64,000 nucleotides of DNA, taken from the IMG/VR virus record IMGVR_UViG_3300045988_140928, positions 88,692 to 152,691 of that record, one strand, 5' to 3'. The DNA is from a virus. The notes below the pieces were generated by a model. The model searched no databases. It was given only the letters and a program-made list of their open reading frames with translations, and was not told the DNA's origin. This document shows positions 24,836-33,498 of this stretch, piece after piece; positions within the stretch are counted from its first letter, which is position 1, and the number at the start of each line of letters is the position of its first letter. Position numbers and translations under genes: made by a program.

Positions 24836-25085
24836 AGATAAAATTGTGTATGCTTTAGATGACAAATATAAGTTAATCTTAATCCGTGATAACGTTGAAG
24901 ACGATGCTGTATTTTATATTACAAGTATAAATAGTAATATCTATCTGCGTCAATTGTCTAAGAATGATTTACATATTTTGATTAAATCAATTACTGATGA
25001 CTTGCCTACTTGGATTCATGCTGTTTATATTGATAATATGTTAATGTGGTGGAAATACGATCACATAAAGCCAATTACGTTATAA
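24828..25085 (+). CDS. hypothetical protein
   Basis: ORF track (TTG start). Confidence 0.6.
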   Translation: MSKDKIVYALDDKYKLILIRDNVEDDAVFYITSINSNIYLRQLSKNDLHILIKSITDDLPTWIHAVYIDNMLMWWKYDHIKPITL

Positions 25086-25098
25086 AGGAGGCTTTTAA

Positions 25099-25671
25099 TT
25101 GGTTTACTTTATTTCTCCTTATATTACTGCTGTTAGAGCAAAGAAATATAAGCGCAATGTATTACGACAAATTAATCATACGTATAATACAACCCGTTAT
25201 TTAATCTACATTCCAGTTTTTATTGCTGGTTTAATTCCTAATGATTTAAATAATTCTAAGCAGTATTTTTATTATGTAGGAGCAATGGTTTTAGTCTGCT
25301 TGTTAGCTTACTTATGTATTCGCTTGATTGCGTATTACTTTAAGTATTCGATTAATAAAACTTCAATTGATTTACTTGATTATGTAATTTTATATGAGAC
25401 TAAAGACGATTTGCCCTTGGATACAGTTAATCCATTAATTCCAACTTTTGAGTATAATCGTACACACCCTAAGAATAAGGTATATTTTGGTGGCTATACG
25501 CTAGAGGAGTTTCAAAAGGCTATGCAAGAAGTTTATGAGGCTAAGAATGATCGGCAGTATGGAGAAGATACTCATCATTATCTAGCTTTACTGTTCCATG
25601 ATATGGAAGATTATTACATCCATACTTTGTCTGATCCAGCAGTAGAGCAAGAGGTAATTAAGCATGATTAA
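25099..25671 (+). CDS. membrane protein
   Basis: TTG start 7 nt after AGGAGG. Two predicted TM helices. Confidence 0.7.
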   Translation: MVYFISPYITAVRAKKYKRNVLRQINHTYNTTRYLIYIPVFIAGLIPNDLNNSKQYFYYVGAMVLVCLLAYLCIRLIAYYFKYSINKTSIDLLDYVILYETKDDLPLDTVNPLIPTFEYNRTHPKNKVYFGGYTLEEFQKAMQEVYEAKNDRQYGEDTHHYLALLFHDMEDYYIHTLSDPAVEQEVIKHD

Positions 25672-26185
25672 TGATAATTTAGAAAAAGTAGAACAATCTT
25701 TAAATGAATTAAGAAAATCTTTATATACACATGATAATAGCTATCAGTATGTTCCTAACTATTATCCTTTTTCAGAGGCAAGACAGACTTTTGAAAAGAA
25801 TACTAGGGATTTACTTGACGTTAGTTATTCTCTACTTTATCAAGTAAAAGAACAGCAATCTGAAATTAAAAAATTAAAGGAAGACTTAGCTAAAAAAGAT
25901 TTAACGGATGACGACTATGTAGTTATCTGGATTGATAATAAATATTATTTAAGTATGACTTTATTAACTACTAATGTATCTCTTGCTTTAAATGAGCCTG
26001 AGCATACTTTTATAGGTGCTTATCCTTATAAGGAAGTTAAAGATATTTTCTATACTGAATATACTTATTCTTCTTTGAAACTTTTAGATAGTCATGAAGT
26101 TGTAATTGTACCCGCAAAAGATTTTAATGGAAAGTTTAATACTAATTATAATTTTATGGAATTGGGTATAACTAATGAAAATTAA
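25664..26185 (+). CDS. hypothetical protein
   Basis: ORF track. Confidence 0.7.
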   Translation: MINDNLEKVEQSLNELRKSLYTHDNSYQYVPNYYPFSEARQTFEKNTRDLLDVSYSLLYQVKEQQSEIKKLKEDLAKKDLTDDDYVVIWIDNKYYLSMTLLTTNVSLALNEPEHTFIGAYPYKEVKDIFYTEYTYSSLKLLDSHEVVIVPAKDFNGKFNTNYNFMELGITNEN

Positions 26186-26768
26186 ACGAATTATAGTTTA
26201 TTCGGCTTTAGGTATTTTGTTCTTTGCTGTTCTTTTAATCTTTATTCCAATTAATATTAAAACGGTTCGGACGCAAACTATTAATGTTTCAGATTCTGCA
26301 CCAATTAAAGTAGATCATATTAATGCAACGGTTGACTATTATGGTATGCCTAGTAGTTGGGCTGATCCAGACTCCAGTGTTGATTGGGACTCCTTATATA
26401 GTTTTGACGCTGATCTAATGGATAGTTCTGATAATTACTTAACAGATGGAAACAGAGTCGTAGACGAGTCTGTAATTCAAAATCTTAACGCTGTTCCAGC
26501 CTATGACTATTACGCTCATACTAAACATAGCTATCAAAAGATTACACAGCAGGTTACTGATGTTTACGGTCTGCATTGGGATTACAGTGATAATAATGAC
26601 CATGATACGTCTAAGATTGTGCAGTCTAAAGATAAGTCTTATATTCCTATTTACCTAGATATTGATTGCCATTATAAACAAGGTAAGTATTCTCGTTCTA
26701 GGGATTTGTATTATAAGCTTGTTCCTAATGGAAATAAGTATGCAATGGTTACAGATGATGATAATTAA
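26175..26768 (+). CDS. membrane-anchored/secreted hypothetical protein (paralog of 6967..7548)
   Basis: N-terminal TM helix plus the shared motifs listed for 6967..7548. Confidence 0.75.
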   Translation: MKIKRIIVYSALGILFFAVLLIFIPINIKTVRTQTINVSDSAPIKVDHINATVDYYGMPSSWADPDSSVDWDSLYSFDADLMDSSDNYLTDGNRVVDESVIQNLNAVPAYDYYAHTKHSYQKITQQVTDVYGLHWDYSDNNDHDTSKIVQSKDKSYIPIYLDIDCHYKQGKYSRSRDLYYKLVPNGNKYAMVTDDDN

Positions 26769-26772
26769 ACTG

Positions 26773-26797
26773 AAGTCCTTTATAGGGCTTTTTTATT
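26773..26797 (+). terminator. intrinsic terminator (weak stem)
   Basis: AAGTCC/GGGCTT stem with one G-U, followed by TTTTTTATTTT. Confidence 0.5.
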
Positions 26798-26803
26798 TTA
26801 TCT

Positions 26804-26847
26804 TTTTGTACAAAAGTAGTTGAATATTTAACTGAAAGTGTTATACT
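26804..26847 (+). promoter_or_regulatory. conserved phage promoter module, copy B
   Basis: TTTTGTACAAAA 26804-15, TTGAAT 26820-25, TATACT 26842-47 with an upstream TGT. Confidence 0.6.
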
Positions 26848-26879
26848 TATAATCGAAATAAGGAAAGGAAGTTTTAATA

Positions 26880-27035
26880 ATGATATTGTATTTAGTTTAT
26901 ATTGCTTTTTGTTTTGCCTTTCTATGGGGTATTACTCAAGCGTTCCCAGATTTTAAGCATTCTATCTATTTGGGTGGATGGGTATTTTGTACAGCAGTTT
27001 ACTTATTTCTAGTGTTTTACAATCCGGGGTATTAA
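26880..27035 (+). CDS. small membrane protein (51 aa)
   Basis: Below the track cutoff. First ATG after promoter copy B and the AAGGAAAGGAAG SD. Hydrophobic. A 29-aa hydrophobic ORF follows at 27038..27127. Confidence 0.5.
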   Translation: MILYLVYIAFCFAFLWGITQAFPDFKHSIYLGGWVFCTAVYLFLVFYNPGY

Positions 27036-27123
27036 TAATGGTAATTCTATTAGTTTTGCTTTTAGTGATTACGTTTGATTTATTAACTTTGTTGGTTGTC
27101 AACAATATTAAGCATGGAGGTTT

Positions 27124-27441
27124 GTGATGAGTAAAGTATGTGTAGTAACTTATGTCTATCGTGATTTTTCAATTCTGTATGGTGAAAAAGGTAGCATTAA
27201 TCTAATGGGAGTTTTTGACTCTTTAGAATTAGCTAAAGATAAGATTAATCAATGGTATAAAGATAATCCAGATCATTGGATTGCTAAAGATATTAAAGAG
27301 TATATTGCTTCAAACAAACATTATAATAAAGATGTCGATCCTACTGATCTTTTCCAGTTTAATGGAATAGAGACTAATAAAGTTAGTAAAAATTATACAA
27401 ACTGTGGTTACTTTTTAGCGGATTGGTGGTATGAAGAATGA
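27124..27441 (+). CDS. hypothetical protein
   Basis: ORF track (GTG 27124 or ATG 27127). Confidence 0.7.
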   Translation: MMSKVCVVTYVYRDFSILYGEKGSINLMGVFDSLELAKDKINQWYKDNPDHWIAKDIKEYIASNKHYNKDVDPTDLFQFNGIETNKVSKNYTNCGYFLADWWYEE

Positions 27442-27935
27442 GTAGTAATACTTTAGAGTCTATGTTTAGTGACTTTATTAAAGATAATATGATTGGACTT
27501 TCAGATTCTGCAACTAAGGAATTGTTTACTGATGTTCAATTCTTTTATAAATATTGTTCTGAGGTTAGCTATGTTGATATTGACTTAACTGAGATCAACT
27601 CAGCCCAAAAAGAAGTTTGGTCTAAATTTCACTATTGGAATGAGAAGTATAATTATTATATGAATGGTAAAGGTCATTATACGGATCGGTCTATGCTGGT
27701 TCATGATATTGCAGTTTACTTCTATCAAGTATCTAACCAAAAGAAGTTAAAAGATCCTAAGTTTTTAGATCATGTTTGGCAGTCTTTTATCTGGAATAAT
27801 ACATATGATTATTGGTTAAGAACATCTTTAATTAAAACATATGGAATGGTATTTGACTTTGAATTGACTTTTGAAGGCAAGAACATATATAGTCCGTTGT
27901 TGGTAGTAAATAAAGTTTATAGGGAGAATAATTAA
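27438..27935 (+). CDS. hypothetical protein
   Basis: ORF track. ATGA overlap with the upstream gene. Confidence 0.7.
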   Translation: MSSNTLESMFSDFIKDNMIGLSDSATKELFTDVQFFYKYCSEVSYVDIDLTEINSAQKEVWSKFHYWNEKYNYYMNGKGHYTDRSMLVHDIAVYFYQVSNQKKLKDPKFLDHVWQSFIWNNTYDYWLRTSLIKTYGMVFDFELTFEGKNIYSPLLVVNKVYRENN

Positions 27936-28130
27936 ATGGAATTAACTGAAAAACAGAAGAATTGTCCGTACTGTCAAGAACCCAAGATGACCTTTATTGG
28001 AGAAGATGGAGTTCTTTATCAAGTTAGTGAAGACGCTTTCACAACACCAAAGCTAATTACGATAACCAATGGTCAAACTCACATTGTTGAGATTGAATAT
28101 TGTCCTAAATGTGGCCGTTCTCTAAAATAG
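27936..28130 (+). CDS. zinc-ribbon protein
   Basis: CPYC...CPKC pairs 43 residues apart. Confidence 0.65.
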   Translation: MELTEKQKNCPYCQEPKMTFIGEDGVLYQVSEDAFTTPKLITITNGQTHIVEIEYCPKCGRSLK

Positions 28131-28141
28131 GAGGAAGAATA

Positions 28142-28627
28142 ATGAAAATTAATGAATTTATTAAAAGAGTAAACAGACTATTTTATGCGGAATATTCTTA
28201 TGACAGCAATACCATTTACGTATATAGAACAGAGCAAGATATGTGTGATGAGAATAAATATGATGATACGTATTACTTCATGAGTGTTAAGGCCTGCGAT
28301 AACAGATTTTATCCACTCTTTGATTCTGATTGGATGCCAGAGGATGTCAAGGGATTGTCTTTGCTTTTTGGCTTACTTCGAGAGTTAGAAGATACACCCG
28401 TTAAGGATCGTTTCCCAGAGAAGAAATACCGTTTACGCTGGATTAATAATAAGGATGGTAGCTCAAAATATATAGATCGTGGCTCTAATGGTAATTGGGA
28501 TATGTGGGGTGTTAAAAATTCCGTAAAGACCTTTACTGAATCAGAAATAGAGCAATTAAAGAAAGACTATCCACACTTTGCATCCGTAATTGATATAATG
28601 AAAGAACCAGCAGAGGAGGAAGAATAA
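28142..28627 (+). CDS. hypothetical protein
   Basis: ATG at 28142 lies 7 nt after AGGAGG. The track start at 28109 overlaps the upstream gene and lacks an SD. Confidence 0.7.
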   Translation: MKINEFIKRVNRLFYAEYSYDSNTIYVYRTEQDMCDENKYDDTYYFMSVKACDNRFYPLFDSDWMPEDVKGLSLLFGLLRELEDTPVKDRFPEKKYRLRWINNKDGSSKYIDRGSNGNWDMWGVKNSVKTFTESEIEQLKKDYPHFASVIDIMKEPAEEEE

Positions 28628-28977
28628 TGGTATTTGATAAGCAAGAACTAAGAAAAATTATTCAAGCACCTATTTCGGTTGATATGAAGATTGATTTGCT
28701 TAATCAACTTCACCATCAAGACGCTCAAAAAACTGTTAGTGAGATGCAACAATCAATTCTTGAAGCAATAGAGAAAGTACTTAGTTCTGAAAGAGTGAAA
28801 GGTAATACAATGCTTGACTCTGAACACGCTGATCAATTCTTACCTGATGCATTGGCATTTTCAAAGAAAAAAGAATTAACTGTTCAATCTCTCCAACGTA
28901 CTTTTAAAATCGGATACAATCGGGCAAATCAATTATTAGCACAATGCAAGCGAGTAATGAATGAGGAGGAAGAATAA
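28627..28977 (+). CDS. FtsK-gamma-like winged-helix domain protein
   Basis: The C-terminal LTVQSLQRTFKIGYNRANQLLAQ matches the FtsK/SpoIIIE gamma-domain core (lQR.f.IGYnRAa.l). Confidence 0.6.
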   Translation: MVFDKQELRKIIQAPISVDMKIDLLNQLHHQDAQKTVSEMQQSILEAIEKVLSSERVKGNTMLDSEHADQFLPDALAFSKKKELTVQSLQRTFKIGYNRANQLLAQCKRVMNEEEE

Positions 28978-29240
28978 TGACCAACGAAGAATTTATAACG
29001 ATGGCGAAACTAAAGGTTAAGAAATATACATATAAAAACGTTGCTAAAGACGGTACCTCACTCTTTCATGTTTATGTAGTGTGGCAGGCTAAGATTTTAC
29101 AAAATTACAAAGCTCTATTAGCCACTGATATTGAAGGCGACCAGCATTATTACGAAGCAACTTATAATGGAGATAAGAAGCAACTCTACTTAGACGTTTA
29201 TAACAAACAAGAAAATAAATGTTTTGAGGTGGACGACTAA
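28977..29240 (+). CDS. hypothetical protein
   Basis: ORF track. TAATG junction. Confidence 0.7.
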   Translation: MTNEEFITMAKLKVKKYTYKNVAKDGTSLFHVYVVWQAKILQNYKALLATDIEGDQHYYEATYNGDKKQLYLDVYNKQENKCFEVDD

Positions 29241-29434
29241 TGTTAACAACACAAGCACGTTTAGCGATGAAGAACAAACAACCTGTTAGATTAGTCGGTG
29301 ACTTATATAATATCTTAGAGATTAAACATGTTAATGGTACAAAAAAGATGGTTGCTACAATTAAGAAAGTAGGGCTGGCAGAATATAGGTATAAGCCAAT
29401 AGATGTCGATGTTGATTATTTAGAACTAGCATAG
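29240..29434 (+). CDS. hypothetical protein
   Basis: ORF track. TAATG junction. Last gene of the plus-strand block. Confidence 0.65.
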   Translation: MLTTQARLAMKNKQPVRLVGDLYNILEIKHVNGTKKMVATIKKVGLAEYRYKPIDVDVDYLELA

Positions 29435-29467
29435 TCATGATTAGAGTTATAATGAATAGCATATTGG

Positions 29468-29505
29468 AGACCAAAAATTTTATGATCAGATTTTGGTCTT
29501 TTTTA
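29468..29505 (+). terminator. intrinsic terminator ending the plus-strand block
   Basis: AGACCAAAA/TTTTGGTCT 9-bp stem followed by T6. Confidence 0.75.
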
Positions 29506-29814
29506 TTTTGCTTTCTTATTCAAATTAACACATATTAAGAAGATGGGGGTGTACTATGGGAGCTATTGGTTATTGGTTATCAGTTCATGAATCGACAGTT
29601 CTTGAAACCAAGCCCTTTTTTATTTTTGGTAACTAATAAGATTAAGACTAAATAGTGTTCATGAATTGGTAGGAAACGTTAGAATTTACAAAATATTTTT
29701 CTTATGACCCTAGGCAGAAGAATTGACCACCCTGCCAGTACCTAGCCTTCAAGATTAACGGGGGTGAGGTCTTAACTACCTAACCTAGACACCGAAACCA
29801 GAAATCCTACTCAG

Positions 29815-29855
29815 CAAAATAAAAAAGCTCCTTCGGTAAAATTACCAAGGGAGCT
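29815..29855 (-). terminator. intrinsic terminator (minus strand)
   Basis: AGCTCCCTTGG/CCGAAGGAGCT stem followed on the minus strand by TTTTTTATTTT. Confidence 0.7.
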
Positions 29856-29866
29856 AAAATCAAGTT

Positions 29867-30079
29867 TTAAATTAGATTAAATTTTAATTTTAAGAATAGG
29901 ACAAGCAAGAATACAAACGCACCAGCAAAGCTGAATAGTATAGTACAAATACCAGCGCAAGCAGTCGAGTAGTCAATATTGAGTAGTTTAGCAGTAGTTT
30001 TACAAGTTAGCTCAAGCAAGCTAACCAAAGCACTAGCAAGCAAATAGAATAAGTTATAAACACCAATTAATAAAGTCAT
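29867..30079 (-). CDS. small two-TM membrane protein, stand-alone early transcription unit
   Basis: Has its own consensus promoter (30115-30143), an AAGGAAG SD 9 nt from the ATG, and the terminator above. Confidence 0.65.
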   Translation of the reverse strand: MTLLIGVYNLFYLLASALVSLLELTCKTTAKLLNIDYSTACAGICTILFSFAGAFVFLLVLFLKLKFNLI

Positions 30080-30114
30080 TTTAATATACTTCCTTTTCTT
30101 TATCTTACACCATT

Positions 30115-30143
30115 ATAATACAATAAGCATTTTATATTGTCAA
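30115..30143 (-). promoter_or_regulatory. sigma-A consensus-type early promoter
   Basis: Minus strand: TTGACA (30143-30138), 17 nt, TATTAT(AAT) (30120-30115). Confidence 0.7.
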
Positions 30144-30830
30144 TATATAATAATAAAAATAAAGCCTAATTATTTATATAACCTTAATTCTTTATATAAG
30201 CCATTCTGATCCGTTTTAATCTAATAAGGTATAATTAACCATTAGCATATAAAAGCAAGCTGAGACAAGCTAACAGGCTTAAATAAGCATAGATTGAGTT
30301 AAATAGATAAGGATAAAGGGGATGAAATAAAATAATGTTGCAATTGCAACAATCCATCCACTGCATAGATAAGGTTAATACAAGGCTAGATAAATAAGAC
30401 AATAAGCAAGCTAACTCAGACTAATAAGATAAACAATGTATTAGCTAATATTTAGCTTAGCTTGTTATATAGTAGCTAGAATAGCCCTAATTTCTGTTTT
30501 AAGCCGTTCTAAGGAGTTTTATCGTGGTTTAGGTATAATTTATCATTAAAGCACTTAAACGAGCTTATACGAGCTGATATAAAGAAATAGATTGAATAGA
30601 TAAATAGTAGCTTGAATAAGACAAGGAATAAGGATATATCAGATAATACATAATAGATTAATACAGTATTAAGCTAGTCTTATATAAGCTAATACAAGTA
30701 GATAATAAGTTAATTATTAGGAAGCAAGCCTAGTTGTTAAATTGGTCTAATTTTTGTGAACGTTGATATAAAAGCATTTTTTATTTTGTAACCCTATGAT
30801 TTTTTAACTCGAAAATAATTGGTCTATGTA

Positions 30831-30859
30831 TTGACTATTTAAGCTATCTATGTTATTAT
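30831..30859 (+). promoter_or_regulatory. sigma-A consensus-type promoter on plus strand (no CDS downstream)
   Basis: TTGACT 30831-36, 17 nt, TATTAT(AAT) 30854-59. Faces the minus-strand promoter at 31121-31149. Confidence 0.5.
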
Positions 30860-31120
30860 AATATTGAAAGATAAATAGCACTAGCCCAGATAGCTGATAA
30901 GGGAAACAAGTTAATTTAACTTGTTGTTGATAGCTAGATATATTTAGAGTAGTAGATACTTTCTTAGAATTTAAGTATAGATCTCCCTCGAACCTATACA
31001 TCCACCGTATAGCCCTAATCAATTCAAGCTATATTCTGTCCTTAATGTTACAGCCCATTTTATTCAGTTGTTTAGCTAGTCTTATTATCGCTTCACTTCC
31101 TTTCCTTATCTTTCAGTTAT

Positions 31121-31149
31121 ATTATAGCACAATGTTATCATTTTGACAA
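31121..31149 (-). promoter_or_regulatory. sigma-A consensus-type promoter with cassette-like 5'UTR but no intact ORF
   Basis: Minus strand: TTGTCA (31149-44), 17 nt, TATAAT (31126-21). This is followed by AAGGAAAGGAAGTG, then only a 3-codon frame. Confidence 0.55.
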
Positions 31150-31529
31150 CGGATTTATAGAAATAATTGGACCGATCCACTTGTTGAGAATGCTATTATG
31201 CCAGCCTTTACAAGCCTTTTTTGCCCTTAAAATTTATCAACTGTTAAAATATTTTTATTAATTTATTTATATGTTTTTAGCTTCATTATGTATTGCCCCT
31301 ATATAGCTAGTATTGAGTTGTTCTAGTTCTATATGGGGTTATTATTCTTCATTATTGTTATTAATAGTCTGCATTAGCTTATATTAGGCTTGTTTTGAAC
31401 TTGTTTTAGTCTAATTAAGGCTTTTTATTGCTGTTTTTAAGTCTTTTATTAGGCTTTTTCTTGTTTTAGTTAGTGAAATTTGTCACTAATTCCTCTCTTT
31501 GCCCTTATCTTTTATATATAAAATATAAA

Positions 31530-31579
31530 GGGTAAAAACCCGTTAAACGCTGGTATTACAACGTTCCTTGTTTTTACCC
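31530..31579. terminator. bidirectional hairpin terminator
   Basis: GGGTAAAAAC (31530-39)/GTTTTTACCC (31570-79), with T-rich flanks on both strands. Lies 3' of the 31609 gene. Confidence 0.55.
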
Positions 31580-31608
31580 TTATTTGTGAAATATTTAACT
31601 TTTTTTCT

Positions 31609-31935
31609 TTATTTCTGAAATAGCTTGAATTCTTTATTCAATCGTTGTGTTAATTCAAACAATATACCAGATAACTTATTGTTTAATTCCTTGTATTCTG
31701 CATTATCATACTTTAACAAGGTAGAACTTAAATTGTGTAAATCTCGATAGTATACACTGTCAATATAATAAAGCTCGTCTTCTTTCACTAGTGCTAAATC
31801 ACCTGTCTTTAAGTTATTATAGTTTTGACTAATATAATAGTTATTAGTGTTTTTAAAGTAATTAACCTTTACTTTGTCTTGATTGTTGTTAATTCCAATA
31901 ACAGTTACTTCTTTCTGTTCCATTTCTTGTTTCAT
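31609..31935 (-). CDS. hypothetical early protein
   Basis: ATG at 31935 lies 7 nt after AAGAGG. The track start at 31962 would lie upstream of the transcription start predicted from the promoter at 31967-95. Confidence 0.7.
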   Translation of the reverse strand: MKQEMEQKEVTVIGINNNQDKVKVNYFKNTNNYYISQNYNNLKTGDLALVKEDELYYIDSVYYRDLHNLSSTLLKYDNAEYKELNNKLSGILFELTQRLNKEFKLFQK

Positions 31936-31966
31936 TGTTATACCTCTTTTCTTTATTTTCAATTAT

Positions 31967-31995
31967 ATTATACCGTGTTTTATTTACTTTGTCAA
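31967..31995 (-). promoter_or_regulatory. sigma-A consensus early promoter
   Basis: Minus strand: TTGACA (31995-90), 17 nt, TATAAT (31972-67). Confidence 0.7.
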
Positions 31996-32382
31996 CTCTC
32001 AATTATAGTGTTTATTTGGATCACAATAGCATAAGGAAGTCAAGGCTTTTGCTTGATAAAGTTATAAAGTTATGCTTGGTTAAATTATGTTGTATTTGCA
32101 ACAATTTTAATTTCTATTATTTGACTTTGCCAGCGAAAAGAGGTAGGGCTGAAAAGTATTTTTATTTATGCTTTGTGTTTTATGCTTTATGCTTAATACT
32201 AACTTATGTATCTTTTTGACCTATCATTTTTAGCTTATCATTTTAAGGCTGGACTGATATAATTTTTCTAGCTTATACTCTTAAAAGCTGAATATATCTT
32301 TAGGGCTGAATAATGTTTTTATACTTCCCTTTTATCTTTATTAATACATACTAAAAAAGAGTTGAACTCAATCAACCCTTTA

Positions 32383-32673
32383 TCAACTAAATACCTTTTG
32401 GTAATAAGCAAGTAAATTATCTACTTGTTTATTATTATAACAATCTAGTATTAGCTTATTTTTACCACTAACATAAAATCCCTTACCATTAATAATTGTG
32501 TTGTGTCCTTGTAAAGTGAGTTTTGCTTTGGTCATATCTTTAACAACGATTGTTAATTTACAACCGGGAACAACTTCACCGAATGAATTCCGTACACGAT
32601 ATTCTCCCCGTTCTACTGCTAATTCAGTTGTGGGGTCAAACTTTACAAGTTCAAATTTAATTACATTATTCAT
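32383..32673 (-). CDS. hypothetical early protein
   Basis: ORF track. Third gene of the unit driven by cassette R1a. Confidence 0.7.
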   Translation of the reverse strand: MNNVIKFELVKFDPTTELAVERGEYRVRNSFGEVVPGCKLTIVVKDMTKAKLTLQGHNTIINGKGFYVSGKNKLILDCYNNKQVDNLLAYYQKVFS

Positions 32674-32698
32674 TTTATTTACCTACCTTTTTTTCTTA

Positions 32699-33007
32699 TT
32701 AATAGTCATATTCTGCACGTTGTAAACCAAGATAAATACAAGTATTATCTTTTGTTTTAGCAAAACTCTTGTATAAATAATTGTCTTGGTTATCCATTGT
32801 ATAGGCTTCGCCCATGCAAAAGGATTGAATAAAGCTAGTATTTAATTTATTTTCTAGCTTCTTTTCTACTTCTTCCTTTAATGGTAAAGGTGGTAGAACT
32901 TCATACATTTGAGAATAGATTTCATACTCAACTTGTTGGAATTGCTTTGGTTTTAATTCTCCAGTGGCTTCGTTGTCCCAGTCTTTAACAGTGTATACAT
33001 TAGTCAT
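32699..33007 (-). CDS. hypothetical early protein
   Basis: ORF track. MTN start and GGAAGT SD. Confidence 0.7.
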   Translation of the reverse strand: MTNVYTVKDWDNEATGELKPKQFQQVEYEIYSQMYEVLPPLPLKEEVEKKLENKLNTSFIQSFCMGEAYTMDNQDNYLYKSFAKTKDNTCIYLGLQRAEYDY

Positions 33008-33026
33008 AATTATTACTTCCTTTTTC

Positions 33027-33320
33027 TTAATCTTGTGCTTCTAGTTTATTAACCCGCTCAGCTAACTTTTTAGCTAACTCTTGATTAGGACCATTGAAAA
33101 TAACTTCTTCTTGTTCCCTTGGGGTTAATAGTTGCCAACCGCCTTTTTGATAAGGCTTGTGGGTTACAATCATATTATAAGGGGTAAGGTTAGCGATGTC
33201 GTCAATTTTCCTCCACTCAAAAAATGCTTTTACCTTAAGATAAGATGAAACCATTCCAGCTAATTTATGGTATTTATCACAAACGAACAAATCCATTGTT
33301 TCTTTTTCTGTTAACGTCAT
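33027..33320 (-). CDS. hypothetical early protein
   Basis: ORF track. The start lies inside repeat R1a. Confidence 0.7.
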   Translation of the reverse strand: MTLTEKETMDLFVCDKYHKLAGMVSSYLKVKAFFEWRKIDDIANLTPYNMIVTHKPYQKGGWQLLTPREQEEVIFNGPNQELAKKLAERVNKLEAQD

Positions 33321-33485
33321 AATTATTACTTCCTTTTCTTTATTCCTTATTACATTATTATAATAACATTGATTGTTAAGGTTGTCAACCCTTATTTCTA
33401 AATAATTAAGGATTTAAGCTCAATCCTTGAAATAACCTTTGCTTCATTACATTATTATAATAACATTGAATGTTATTATAGTCAA
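33316..33485 (-). repeat. promoter/5'UTR cassette R1a (170 bp, 100% identical to 34932-35101): two tandem consensus promoters, hairpin, SD, ATGAC
   Basis: Proximal promoter TTGACA (33388-83), 17 nt, TATTAT (33365-60). Distal promoter TTGACT (33485-80), 17 nt, TATTAT (33462-57). Hairpin 33408-33428. Checked base by base. Confidence 0.85.
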
Positions 33486-33498
33486 CGGATATTACATA

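Noticed and set aside
29089-29277. Track ORF 29089..29277 (-)
   Set aside because: It is antisense within the plus-strand operon.
30804-31022. Track ORF 30804..31022 (-), 72 aa
   Set aside because: It has a TTG start without an SD, begins about 90 nt downstream of the cassette-type SD, and lies between convergent promoters. It is kept only as a possibility in the findings.
31825-32725. Plus-strand ORFs 31825..32034, 31935..32219 and 32498..32725
   Set aside because: They are antisense or intergenic Phe/Leu/Tyr/Ser-rich frames opposite early minus-strand genes and promoters. None has an SD.
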